Source: an uncultured Spirochaetales bacterium
Lineage (GTDB): Bacteria > Spirochaetota > Spirochaetia > SZUA-6 > CAZLRN01
DNA: 41,577 nucleotides
Assembly (NCBI GenBank): GCA_964561715.1
Contig: CAZLRN010000001.1
Location: 1-41,577, forward strand
Direction: 5' to 3'
In this document: positions 15,047-23,707 of the stretch, piece by piece
Position numbering within the stretch: position 1 is the first letter of the stretch
Layout of the letters: each line of letters opens with the position of its first letter
The notes under the pieces: model-generated
Database searches by the model: none
What the model was told of the DNA's origin: nothing
Seen by the model: only the letters and a program-made list of their open reading frames with translations
Made by a program: the position numbers and the translations under genes

Positions 15047-17733
15047 ATCACGTTTGCCGGAAGCCTCTCGATGGTTTCCACACGGTAGTGGAATTCCTTT
15101 TCATTGATCGAGAAACTCAACTCATCTCCCGATTTATGGTTTAGCAGATGGGTGCCCAAAGGGGATAGATAGGAGATGATATTTTGAGAAGGGGCCGACT
15201 CCCAGGGGCCCAAAATCATGTATTCCTCCTTCTCTTCGGTGATGAGATTGTGAAGCATGACTTTTGTTCCGAAGGATATGCTATTCACATCGATATGTGA
15301 TTCGTCGAAGATCTGTGCTTCCTGAAGCTGCGACTGCAGTTTTGCCGCTGTATTGTTCAACAGGTCCTGCCTTTCGAGCGCAGCTTTGTACTCCGCATTC
15401 TCGCGAAGGTCACCCTTTTCCATTGCGACTCCTATATCTTTGGAGTTTTGAGGGATTTCGACTTCCAGAATGTTCCTCAATACCTTCTGCTTGGACTCAT
15501 AACCCGCTCTGGTAACGAGCAGTCCGCGAGAAACTGTCTCGATCTCGGCTTCGCCGATGAACTTGAAGTTGGGGAAGCGGACCTTGATTTTCTGTTTGAT
15601 TCTTATTTTGATGGAAGGATCGAGCTCCTTGACGTCCTCAACAAGGGTATACAGTCTATTGCTGGAATCCTCATCGGAGTTCATGAGATGATTGGTTAGC
15701 CTCTCTTCTTTGAAGAGAAAATCCTGGATCTGCTTGTTCATTCTTCTATTCAGGCTGACATCTCGACGGTTATTGATTTCTCGGTAGGTAATGTCAAGAA
15801 GATGTATTAGACAGATGAGTATCTTCTCCTCCGGAACCTTTAGTTCAGAGAACCAAGGCTCGTCAATGAGATTTCTCACCAGCCAGACAAATGATTCGCG
15901 GTATTCTCTATAACGGCTCGTGGCGTTTTCAAACAGCTCCTTTATCGCGTCTAGCTTCTTTGCTGCCAGCAGTTCATCGATGATGTACTTGCTGAGGTGG
16001 AAACGGAAGAGATCCGCGAATATCTCCGGCCAGTTGGATTTGTATCTCTTGACATTCATGAGAAATTCTTTTCTGAGGTCGCTGTCTTCGATATTCGAGA
16101 AGACTCCAGGCAGATCTTCGATCTGCCCCAGCAAATCCTCGAAGTTCATTTCCAAACCGGGGTTTAGGTAGGGATGAATTGCGACGATTCTCTGCACCAG
16201 CAGATAACTGGATATCACGATTTCAGAAACCGTCGAGTAGGCCTTGAGGAAGGAGGTAAAATAAGCGAAAACCTCCTTGAAAAAATCCGAATCTGGCTCA
16301 GCTTCCGGCAAAAACTCCATCACTGTCTGAACACGTCCAAAAAAGCTCTTCTCCGCCTTGAACTTATTGTAAATTTTTTCTTCGAAGGAGATGGGTATGT
16401 CTCGAACTTCGAACAGATCTCGTTTATCGGGCAGGTTGCCAAAGGCTGGATCGGTTTTCAGTATTTTCCGGGCCTCGGTATTCCACTTTGACCATTCACC
16501 CTGGGTAAGCACGCTCGGAACGAGCTCCGCTTTGATGGTCTTCATATTAGCCACATTATCGAAGCTCCTTATTATCGTCCGCAGCGCCCAGGCCGGATCA
16601 CTCTTAACCTTCTCCTTTAGCTCATCCGACGGCGTGGTGCCTTTCAACACCCAAATGTGATCGTTTGCGAGGATTTTCAATGCATTCACAGCCATCTTCA
16701 GAGACATCTTATGGTTTTTCCTGTTGGCGAAATGAATGACAAAAACGTCGTCGTTAATATCCGAGATTCGTCCGATACCCCAACTGCGGTGGAACACATA
16801 GTTACCGACGTCGAAAGCGATGTGCTTTTCGAAGTCGTTGATGGCATCATGCACATTGCGCCAGCTCTGATTGAGATTAGAGATCCTGATATATTCATTC
16901 AGCTGGCTATGGTTTTTGTAGTAGCTTTTATAGCACTCTACGAGGTCTTTCCTGGCGTCTGCGTTTTTAGGTTCGTAGTCGAGAATCTTTTTGACGATGA
17001 CGATGGCCGTTTCCCAGTCTTCTTGCGCTCTAATAACAGGAAACAGGGAGTGTAGGAGCATGGCAGCTCTCTCCTCGCTGATTGTCGTTGCCACCTTCTT
17101 CTCGACTCGAAAGAAGAAATCGATATCCTCCGGAGAGTAGTCGATCAATTTGCTCCAGATCTCCTTTACATTGGAAAACATCTTTTTATTGACAAATCTG
17201 TGAAGCGCCTTTTTGTAGTAGTCGACTGCTGATTCCAGATTTCCCTTCTCGTCTTCAATTTCGGCCAGATGTTTGACAATATCAGCCTCTTCGTAGTCGA
17301 CTTTTATAAGCCTTTTCCAGGCTTCTACTTTGTTATTCTGCTCGTTGCTGTTTTCGTAGCACTCGGCAAGGGTCCTTAGTGCAAACTTGTTTTCCCCGTA
17401 TTCGAGGATCCGCAAACAGAGAAACTCGACGATATTCCATTTGTGGTTGTCCGAGAAAATGTCGATGAGCATGACTAGATTCGAATCATCAACCAGCTGC
17501 TTGCTCAACGATATAACCCCAGAAAGGTACAACGCTATTATGCTGTTCTTTGAATGCTTGAGATGCTCCTCGCAGGTTTCCTTTGCCTCGAGCTCTACGT
17601 TGTTTTCCCTGACATTGGCTATTATGTCATCCAGTTCTTTAAAATTCGTGACAGAGTAGCTGTTGAGAGCCGCCCTCGTCCATTTTTCCTCATTGAGTAG
17701 TTCATTTACGCTTTTCAGCAGGTTTTCCGCCAT
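15043..17733 (-). CDS. greA: Long-form transcription elongation factor GreA, with a large N-terminal extension as seen in spirochaetes
   Basis: The C-terminal roughly 160 aa are GreA-like: GDLRENAEYKAALERQDLLNNTAAKLQSQLQEAQIFD, then SFGTKVMLHNL...EYMILGPWESAPSQNIISYLSPLGTHLLNHKSGDELSF. ATG 17733 (MAENLLKS) is preceded by AGGAG with 7-nt spacing. The ORF track extends to 17772. Confidence 0.88.
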   Translation of the reverse strand: MAENLLKSVNELLNEEKWTRAALNSYSVTNFKELDDIIANVRENNVELEAKETCEEHLKHSKNSIIALYLSGVISLSKQLVDDSNLVMLIDIFSDNHKWNIVEFLCLRILEYGENKFALRTLAECYENSNEQNNKVEAWKRLIKVDYEEADIVKHLAEIEDEKGNLESAVDYYKKALHRFVNKKMFSNVKEIWSKLIDYSPEDIDFFFRVEKKVATTISEERAAMLLHSLFPVIRAQEDWETAIVIVKKILDYEPKNADARKDLVECYKSYYKNHSQLNEYIRISNLNQSWRNVHDAINDFEKHIAFDVGNYVFHRSWGIGRISDINDDVFVIHFANRKNHKMSLKMAVNALKILANDHIWVLKGTTPSDELKEKVKSDPAWALRTIIRSFDNVANMKTIKAELVPSVLTQGEWSKWNTEARKILKTDPAFGNLPDKRDLFEVRDIPISFEEKIYNKFKAEKSFFGRVQTVMEFLPEAEPDSDFFKEVFAYFTSFLKAYSTVSEIVISSYLLVQRIVAIHPYLNPGLEMNFEDLLGQIEDLPGVFSNIEDSDLRKEFLMNVKRYKSNWPEIFADLFRFHLSKYIIDELLAAKKLDAIKELFENATSRYREYRESFVWLVRNLIDEPWFSELKVPEEKILICLIHLLDITYREINNRRDVSLNRRMNKQIQDFLFKEERLTNHLMNSDEDSSNRLYTLVEDVKELDPSIKIRIKQKIKVRFPNFKFIGEAEIETVSRGLLVTRAGYESKQKVLRNILEVEIPQNSKDIGVAMEKGDLRENAEYKAALERQDLLNNTAAKLQSQLQEAQIFDESHIDVNSISFGTKVMLHNLITEEKEEYMILGPWESAPSQNIISYLSPLGTHLLNHKSGDELSFSINEKEFHYRVETIERLPANVI

Positions 17734-17832
17734 CTCTGAACTCCTGATTCCTATCCTTTCAGCCGGCCACAAGTTTTTATGGATATTCGACTTCCGTAGA
17801 TAACCCGTGGCCGCTATGCTGCGATGTGAAGT

Positions 17833-18804
17833 CTATTTTGTATATTCCTTATAGATAACCGGATCGAGGTTCTTAATTTTAAGCAGAACCTCGTCGATTT
17901 TTGCTTTCTCTTCGCCAGTATTAATATAATGATCTATAAGCCAAAAGTAGTGGTTTATTAACCGGGCGACAAGATATCCCTTTTTATCCTTGTTTTCTCT
18001 CAGGTCGTTCTCGAATTTGAAGATCCGTTGCTTCAATTGTCCAAACTCGATCGGTCTCAGCTCCCTTTTGACGTTGAAGACGCCGTAGATTGTGCCGTAC
18101 ACCGGGATCCATTCCGAAAGCTCGGGTTCTGTGAATCCCTTCTCCCTGAGCCGATCGACCAGGCGATTTATGGCAGGTGATTCGATATTAGCGAGATCGA
18201 TGGCCTGCGGATCGAGAAAAAAGGCTTCTCGATAGAAAACCTTGCTGGCCCGGGCTTCGTTTATGAGCGAATAGCAGTCTGCCAACTCTGCGAGAATCAT
18301 AGGAGCGCCGCTCTTCTGTTGGCTGGCGATCTCGAGGTACTCGATAGCCTTTTCATAGTTGCCTATGCCCTTGTAGCATTTCCCTATGCGGGTAAGCACC
18401 TCCGTATTATAGACGCCGCCTTCGTCATGGATGCTTTTGAAAAAATCCAGGGCTGCCTTGTATACCCATTGCTTTATGCTATAGAGGCATTTCTCTGACG
18501 CATCTCCCACTCTTTTGACGAAAGAAGCAAAATGCTTCCATTGAAGTAACAAGTATTCGCCTCGATCATGGTCGCCCTCGATATGCTCGAGTTTCTCCTG
18601 TTTCTCTATCCAAAAATTAGCGTACTTCAATGAGGAGGTCACTCCAGGATACTCGAAGTCGATTTTCAAGGCCTGTTCAAGCCGGTCCCTCGTTTCTACA
18701 AACCTTCCATTTTTGAAGAGGTTGTAAACATTGTTCAAAATCTTTACGACCTCGTCATCTTTGAAGGCTAACTGTTTTTCTGGCATCGTTTTGTGGGACT
18801 GCAC
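17833..18804 (-). CDS. TPR-like helical repeat protein
   Basis: Contains TRIGKCYKGIGNYEKAIEYLEIASQQ and LAELADCYSLINEARASKVFYREAFFLDPQ. GTG 18804 is preceded by gaagg. It sits directly upstream of greA on the same strand. Confidence 0.75.
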   Translation of the reverse strand: MQSHKTMPEKQLAFKDDEVVKILNNVYNLFKNGRFVETRDRLEQALKIDFEYPGVTSSLKYANFWIEKQEKLEHIEGDHDRGEYLLLQWKHFASFVKRVGDASEKCLYSIKQWVYKAALDFFKSIHDEGGVYNTEVLTRIGKCYKGIGNYEKAIEYLEIASQQKSGAPMILAELADCYSLINEARASKVFYREAFFLDPQAIDLANIESPAINRLVDRLREKGFTEPELSEWIPVYGTIYGVFNVKRELRPIEFGQLKQRIFKFENDLRENKDKKGYLVARLINHYFWLIDHYINTGEEKAKIDEVLLKIKNLDPVIYKEYTK

Positions 18805-18941
18805 TTACAACCTTCAATTATATCAAACAGGCTAGAATAGTCAATTGAAGGATTGAAAGGCCGAGCCCGTTTCGGCTGGCAAGCTATGACCGTAGCTGTA
18901 TGGATGCTCTTTTCTGCAGCTGCGTTCCACAGGTGTTTTGC

Positions 18942-18969
18942 TTGAATTTTGAGGGCAGTATACTATACT
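18942..18969 (+). promoter_or_regulatory. Candidate sigma70-type promoter for the 19031-24835 operon
   Basis: TTGAAT (18942-18947), a 16-nt spacer, then TATACT (18964-18969), about 60 nt upstream of the TTG start at 19031. Confidence 0.4.
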
Positions 18970-19030
18970 TCTATACAGTAACACTTAGAGTCTGCACGCC
19001 CTTAGACCTGAGGTCAGAGAGTTTGAACGA

Positions 19031-20275
19031 TTGAGGACCAAGGCTTTCCTTCAAATTTTACTCTTGTTTTGGCTTGTGCTTCTAGCGATTGGGGCCGGGG
19101 CACAGGAAGCTCAGATTCGGCAAGTGCGAGCCTGCGTATTCTCGAGTTACAATCTTTCTGAGAGCCCTTCTGACGGCCAAGATGCCGAGAAATACCAAAA
19201 AATTGTTACAGATGCACTCGATGTCGAGCTGAAGAGCCTTGGGCTCGCCATCGTCCCTCAGGACGAGTGGAGGGAGGCGCAAGAGGTATTAGAGCTCAGT
19301 GACGAAGCTCTCGTGTCTGGTGAAAATGCGATTGCTGTTGCCCGAAGGGTGAACGCTCAGCTTGCGATAGCCGGATTCTATTTGATCGAATCCGATAGAA
19401 TCCTCGTGCAGATCAAGTGCTACAACGTCAAGCAGAATAGGCTCATAGCAAGTTTTTTGGATAGCAGGCGTGTGGGACTGGCCCTCTACAATTTGATTAG
19501 TTCTGCCGTCGCAACGATGCAACCAAAGGTTGAGCGGGGCATGAATCCACTTCCGACAGCCGAACGGTTGAGCGATCCATTGCTCGCGAAAGTGGAGCTC
19601 TTTTCGCCTGATGAGGGAGCGGAAGTCTATCTGAACGGCGAAGAGCCCTTAGGATCGATCGAGGACGGTCATCTCAGCATCTACTCGATCAAAGGGACAG
19701 ACCTGCATATCGAGTTGCGAAAGTCAGGATATCATTCGAGCAAAGAAGTCATCCGGCTGGACGACGAATTTCTCCATGAGCACCATGCGAGGAGAATGGT
19801 CAGGAGGACCCGATGGGCCTCAGAGATTCTGTACACTGGGGGGCAAATGTTGGGATTGGGTTTTGGATTACGGTTCTACTTCCTGCCCGATCAGTTTTTT
19901 ATGAGCCTGGACGACTACCTCTATGTGCAGCACAGCTTCGAAGAGCAAAGCCAGCCGATTCTGCATAATGATATCCGACTGTTGACTGGGACTTACCTTT
20001 TTTTGGATGCCCACTCTCCGTTCCGTTTCGGCATCTCCGCGGGCCTTGGCATCATTCTGACCGGTTTTACCGTTCCTGAGATGCCGATCTTCACCGATTT
20101 CTACATCAACGTCCTGAATGCTTGGGTCGAGTGGAACATGACGAAATGGATGCTCTACCTGCGGGTTGAGGGGAAATACGGGATCGATGTCGGAGAAAAT
20201 CTTCTGGGCGGTAAATGGTATCTCATTGGCGATGCCGTGCCGCCGATTACGCTGGGATGGGTGAAGAAATGGTGA
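19031..20275 (+). CDS. Envelope protein with a signal peptide, an LpoB/CsgG-like N-domain, a PEGA domain and a predicted C-terminal outer-membrane beta-barrel
   Basis: The signal peptide is MRTKAFLQILLLFWLVLLAIGAGAQ. The PEGA-like block is VELFSPDEGAEVYLNGEEPLGSIEDGHLSIYSIKGTDLHIELRKSGYHSSKEVIRL. The C-terminal roughly 160 aa show alternating hydrophobic patterns, are Gly/aromatic rich, and end ...GWVKKW with a terminal aromatic. Confidence 0.8.
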   Translation: MRTKAFLQILLLFWLVLLAIGAGAQEAQIRQVRACVFSSYNLSESPSDGQDAEKYQKIVTDALDVELKSLGLAIVPQDEWREAQEVLELSDEALVSGENAIAVARRVNAQLAIAGFYLIESDRILVQIKCYNVKQNRLIASFLDSRRVGLALYNLISSAVATMQPKVERGMNPLPTAERLSDPLLAKVELFSPDEGAEVYLNGEEPLGSIEDGHLSIYSIKGTDLHIELRKSGYHSSKEVIRLDDEFLHEHHARRMVRRTRWASEILYTGGQMLGLGFGLRFYFLPDQFFMSLDDYLYVQHSFEEQSQPILHNDIRLLTGTYLFLDAHSPFRFGISAGLGIILTGFTVPEMPIFTDFYINVLNAWVEWNMTKWMLYLRVEGKYGIDVGENLLGGKWYLIGDAVPPITLGWVKKW

Positions 20276-21294
20276 AAAGAGGGCTGGCTGGTCTTGCACT
20301 CCTCATTCTTGCCGTCATTTTGGTTTCGTGCGGGGTCTTTTCGGCATCTCCCTTTTCGTCAAATCTCCCTTTTATCGCGGCATTTGTCAATTTAGAGGAT
20401 CGTTTGGATTCCTTTTTTGGGGATCGCAGATTTGATGAGGTCGATTACCTGTTCCAGACGATCAGAGCCTACGATCAGGCGAATCCTGGAGCCACACGGG
20501 ATGTTCTCTTTCTTCTTTTTCGGTTGCAGGACACGGGGGACATCAAATTGTTGGTTTTCGATTCGAATCTCGAGCTCGAGGAAGAGCTGGACAATGCAAT
20601 GGTTGGACCCCTGATCCTATTCAACAGCAATTCTTTTCTGACGCCATCCGGAGCAGAGTTTGTGGTCGGTTTGGAAGTCTTTGACGGTGAATCTTTGCAG
20701 CATGTGGGCAATCTTACTGGTGCCCCCAATCAGCCCGATCCTGGAGCGATTGGCTTTTCGGACAACAGCGTTGCATTCAGAAACTATTGGGCTTATGTGG
20801 ATTTGGGAAGCTTTAAGGTTGAATATGTCAATGATGACTGGTCTGGTATTCCTGTCACAGACGACAATATCAGCGCCGGCTCACGGGAGCTGCTTAAGCT
20901 GACCTGCGACAGAGAGAGTGAGGAGGTGATCATCCACATCTCAAACTCCTCTAATACGGAATTGGTGCGGTACCCATTTGTAGGCTTTGGAGATCTCGAT
21001 CAGGCAGGGATTCTCTCATTTCCTTATGGATCCACCTTTGATACGTTTGATGGCATGATCACCTTCGAAGGTCACCACAATCCCATGAACTCTCACTACA
21101 CCCGGGATGGTATCATTCTCAGTGACGAAGACGGCAGCATGACCCGATGCGATTTCTCCGGTCAAAAGGTGGACGATTGGGATCTGGCGATAGGATCGAG
21201 CTATATCATAAGTTTTGATATAAGCGGAAATTTCTACTATTACTTCAATTTTGGTGAGAGAAAGCTTTACAAGGCTCACACGTGGTGGGGTTGA
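20269..21294 (+). CDS. Lipoprotein, hypothetical
   Basis: ATG 20269 overlaps the upstream stop (ATGGTGA). The lipobox is in MVKRGLAGLALLILAVILVSC. The ORF track starts at 20215. Confidence 0.8.
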   Translation: MVKRGLAGLALLILAVILVSCGVFSASPFSSNLPFIAAFVNLEDRLDSFFGDRRFDEVDYLFQTIRAYDQANPGATRDVLFLLFRLQDTGDIKLLVFDSNLELEEELDNAMVGPLILFNSNSFLTPSGAEFVVGLEVFDGESLQHVGNLTGAPNQPDPGAIGFSDNSVAFRNYWAYVDLGSFKVEYVNDDWSGIPVTDDNISAGSRELLKLTCDRESEEVIIHISNSSNTELVRYPFVGFGDLDQAGILSFPYGSTFDTFDGMITFEGHHNPMNSHYTRDGIILSDEDGSMTRCDFSGQKVDDWDLAIGSSYIISFDISGNFYYYFNFGERKLYKAHTWWG

Positions 21295-22580
21295 TGAGAA
21301 ATAGATCTAATAGACTTCTATTGATTCTTCTCCTCCTTTTCATGGTGATCGCAAATTCCGGCGTTGCCTGCCAGGAGAATGTCCAGGTGCCTCGTAGGCT
21401 GCTTCTGCTTTTTGAGATCCTTCCGGGCTCCGAATTCAGCCGAGAAGAGCGGATTCTTATATATGAGTCACTCCTTGTCATGCTCGAGACCAACGCCCCG
21501 GAGATAGCCCTCTTCGAGGCTCCAGAGAGGGGTAATCCTCCCGATAGGGCCGAAGAGCGATCCAAGCTGGCGGCACAGATTGGAGCCGATGCCTGGCTCT
21601 GGGTGGGGGTCGAGGGAAACCGGGATTCCTTGACTCTTAGGATCGAATCCTACGATCTTCTCGCGGAGCAGCAAGTTATCGAAAAGACAATCGAAAAAAT
21701 CGGACTAAGGAGCCTCGAAAAGAGATTTTGGGATGAGGTGATTAGGGCGGTGAGGGAACGCTATGAAACGCGCCCTCAGAAAATTGTCGAATCAGAGGTG
21801 ACCGAGACTAACGGCGAGGTGATACTCACCGCTGTCCCTGGCACCGAAATCGAGGGATTGACCGACTTTCCGCTGCTCGTGCAGGACAGCGGAGAGTTAT
21901 TAGTTGGCCTCGACCAATCCGCCACCTACACTCTCCGTGCAACGAAGAACGGTTACTATCCGCTTACCCGGACCTTCGCTTTAACATCACCTCAGCTTGA
22001 TCTGGCATTGGAGCAGAGGAGAGCGTCGCGGTTTGCCGTCGAGTTTTATCTTAACAACCTCACCTATCCCGGGATAGAGGCTTCTATCTACATCATTCCC
22101 AATCTCTTTTTTGGTCGAATTGGCATAAACACGTTTTTGGTGGGGCTACCATTCCGTAACCTCGAGGAAGGGGGGAGAACGAGTTTCGGTCTTTCTCATA
22201 TCAATTTCGGATTGGGGATCTATCTCAACGCTCCCGACAGTCTCTTTCGCTTCTACGTTGCCGCTGGTGCCTTTCTGCGGATTATGCACTTGGAGGAGCG
22301 ACCTTTTTGGCTCGAGCCTATCTCCTCCGTGGGTATGTTTCCTGCCGTTGGCGTCGAGGTTTCGACGATACCCACGTTTCGATTCTTTGTGGAGTACCGA
22401 CCCCTTATCTATTTTACCGGCGAGCCCGAGCTCATGGCCGCCTCATATGCCAGATCCAAAACCGAGGAAGGTGCCGGGAGCACCGATGATGTGGATCTGT
22501 CGCCTCCCTTTATTTTTCCCGATTTCGGTGGTGTGATCGATCCTACCAACTTCAATGTGGGTTTGAGAATCCAGCTATGA
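21294..22580 (+). CDS. Paralogous envelope protein with a signal or lipoprotein peptide, an N-domain, a PEGA-like domain and a predicted beta-barrel
   Basis: ATG 21294 overlaps the upstream stop (TGATG). The N-terminus is MRNRSNRLLLILLLLFMVIANSGVAC. Contains GADAWLWVGVEGNRDSLTLRIESYDL. The PEGA-like block is VILTAVPGTEIEGL...TYTLRATKNGYYPLTRTF. The C-terminal part has Gly/aromatic beta-strand patterns. The architecture matches the 19031 gene. Confidence 0.78.
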   Translation: MRNRSNRLLLILLLLFMVIANSGVACQENVQVPRRLLLLFEILPGSEFSREERILIYESLLVMLETNAPEIALFEAPERGNPPDRAEERSKLAAQIGADAWLWVGVEGNRDSLTLRIESYDLLAEQQVIEKTIEKIGLRSLEKRFWDEVIRAVRERYETRPQKIVESEVTETNGEVILTAVPGTEIEGLTDFPLLVQDSGELLVGLDQSATYTLRATKNGYYPLTRTFALTSPQLDLALEQRRASRFAVEFYLNNLTYPGIEASIYIIPNLFFGRIGINTFLVGLPFRNLEEGGRTSFGLSHINFGLGIYLNAPDSLFRFYVAAGAFLRIMHLEERPFWLEPISSVGMFPAVGVEVSTIPTFRFFVEYRPLIYFTGEPELMAASYARSKTEEGAGSTDDVDLSPPFIFPDFGGVIDPTNFNVGLRIQL

Positions 22581-23680
22581 GGCGAATCATTTTGCTTCTG
22601 AGCGTCCTCATCTTCGTCGGGACCGCATGCAAAATTCCCCCATTCAACGAGGAGATTTCTAGGGTTTTCTTTCTTGCTTCGAAAATGAGCGAGGAAGGCG
22701 AGGTTGGTCCTGTTAAACTCGGTGATTTATCCCTCGAGCAGATTCCTCTTCTCAAGTTTATCCCTTTAAAAGATTCTTTTAACGAAGGTTTTCTCATAAT
22801 AGATGATTCTGAAATTCAAATCGTTTTCATCACTCCGAGCGGGGAGCCCGTCGCGATCGAGGAACCGATGGTAGAGGAAGCTTTGGACTTCTACAACGGA
22901 AACAGGAAAGAGCTCAACTACGTGGCTGAGACTCTTCCGATGAGCGGACCCCAGATGACCTTCATCAACATCAGCGAGGTTATGATGCTGCCGTTGCAGC
23001 GCCTGAACGTGGTAGAGCTCGATCACCTCAAGTTTCCGCCGGGTGACGATTTGGCTATTATTCTAGATGGCGATATACCGTCCTGTATCGATCGCGTTGT
23101 GAGTGCTGATATTTTACCTGGTTTTGTGACCAATACCCTATATTTCCTCTGCAAAGAAACGGGTTTTCCCAATGAATTCTACGAGATCCGCTATGACTCG
23201 GACGCTATGGGACTGCCGGGTCCGGGTATGGATATTCGCCCGGGAGCGGGGGGCTTCCCGGCCATCACCTTCCCCGATGCGCCGGATAGCTGTTTCTACT
23301 TTCACTACGAGCCGATAGGAGTTGAAGGGACCAGCATCGCCCAGTACTGGATTGGAGATCGGTGGCGTACTCTGAAATGGGATGACACCGTTTTGCCGTT
23401 TCCCCCTGAGATAAATGTCTCCCATCGAATTGAGGCCCTTCTGACAACGGGCCTTCTCTACTGTGTCGAAGGCGAAACGGCCCACCTATATGACCTGAAC
23501 GGCATACTTCAATTCTCTATAGAGCTGGGTGACATGAAGCTTGCATATGAGTATTGGGACGTCGACAGGTTCAAGCTGATCTTTGTGCTTCCCTGCTATG
23601 TGGACTATGGCGACAAGACGGGGTTCGTATTCAAGGTATATTCGATCGATACCGAGGATTTGGAGAAGCTTGCTGAGTAG
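22577..23680 (+). CDS. Lipoprotein, paralogue A of a tandem pair
   Basis: An ATGA overlap joins it to the upstream gene. The lipobox is LIFVGTAC. It shares blocks with the next gene, including CKIPPFNE, NYVAET, FYFHY, ALLTTGLL, FVLPxYVDYG and FKVYS. Confidence 0.85.
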   Translation: MRRIILLLSVLIFVGTACKIPPFNEEISRVFFLASKMSEEGEVGPVKLGDLSLEQIPLLKFIPLKDSFNEGFLIIDDSEIQIVFITPSGEPVAIEEPMVEEALDFYNGNRKELNYVAETLPMSGPQMTFINISEVMMLPLQRLNVVELDHLKFPPGDDLAIILDGDIPSCIDRVVSADILPGFVTNTLYFLCKETGFPNEFYEIRYDSDAMGLPGPGMDIRPGAGGFPAITFPDAPDSCFYFHYEPIGVEGTSIAQYWIGDRWRTLKWDDTVLPFPPEINVSHRIEALLTTGLLYCVEGETAHLYDLNGILQFSIELGDMKLAYEYWDVDRFKLIFVLPCYVDYGDKTGFVFKVYSIDTEDLEKLAE

Positions 23681-23707
23681 CGAGCACCGGTCCCTGGCGG
23701 CTGGGAT

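Noticed and set aside
19868-20299. A 143-aa minus-strand ORF across the end of the first barrel gene
   Set aside because: It overlaps two tightly coupled plus-strand genes. It has no start context and no features.
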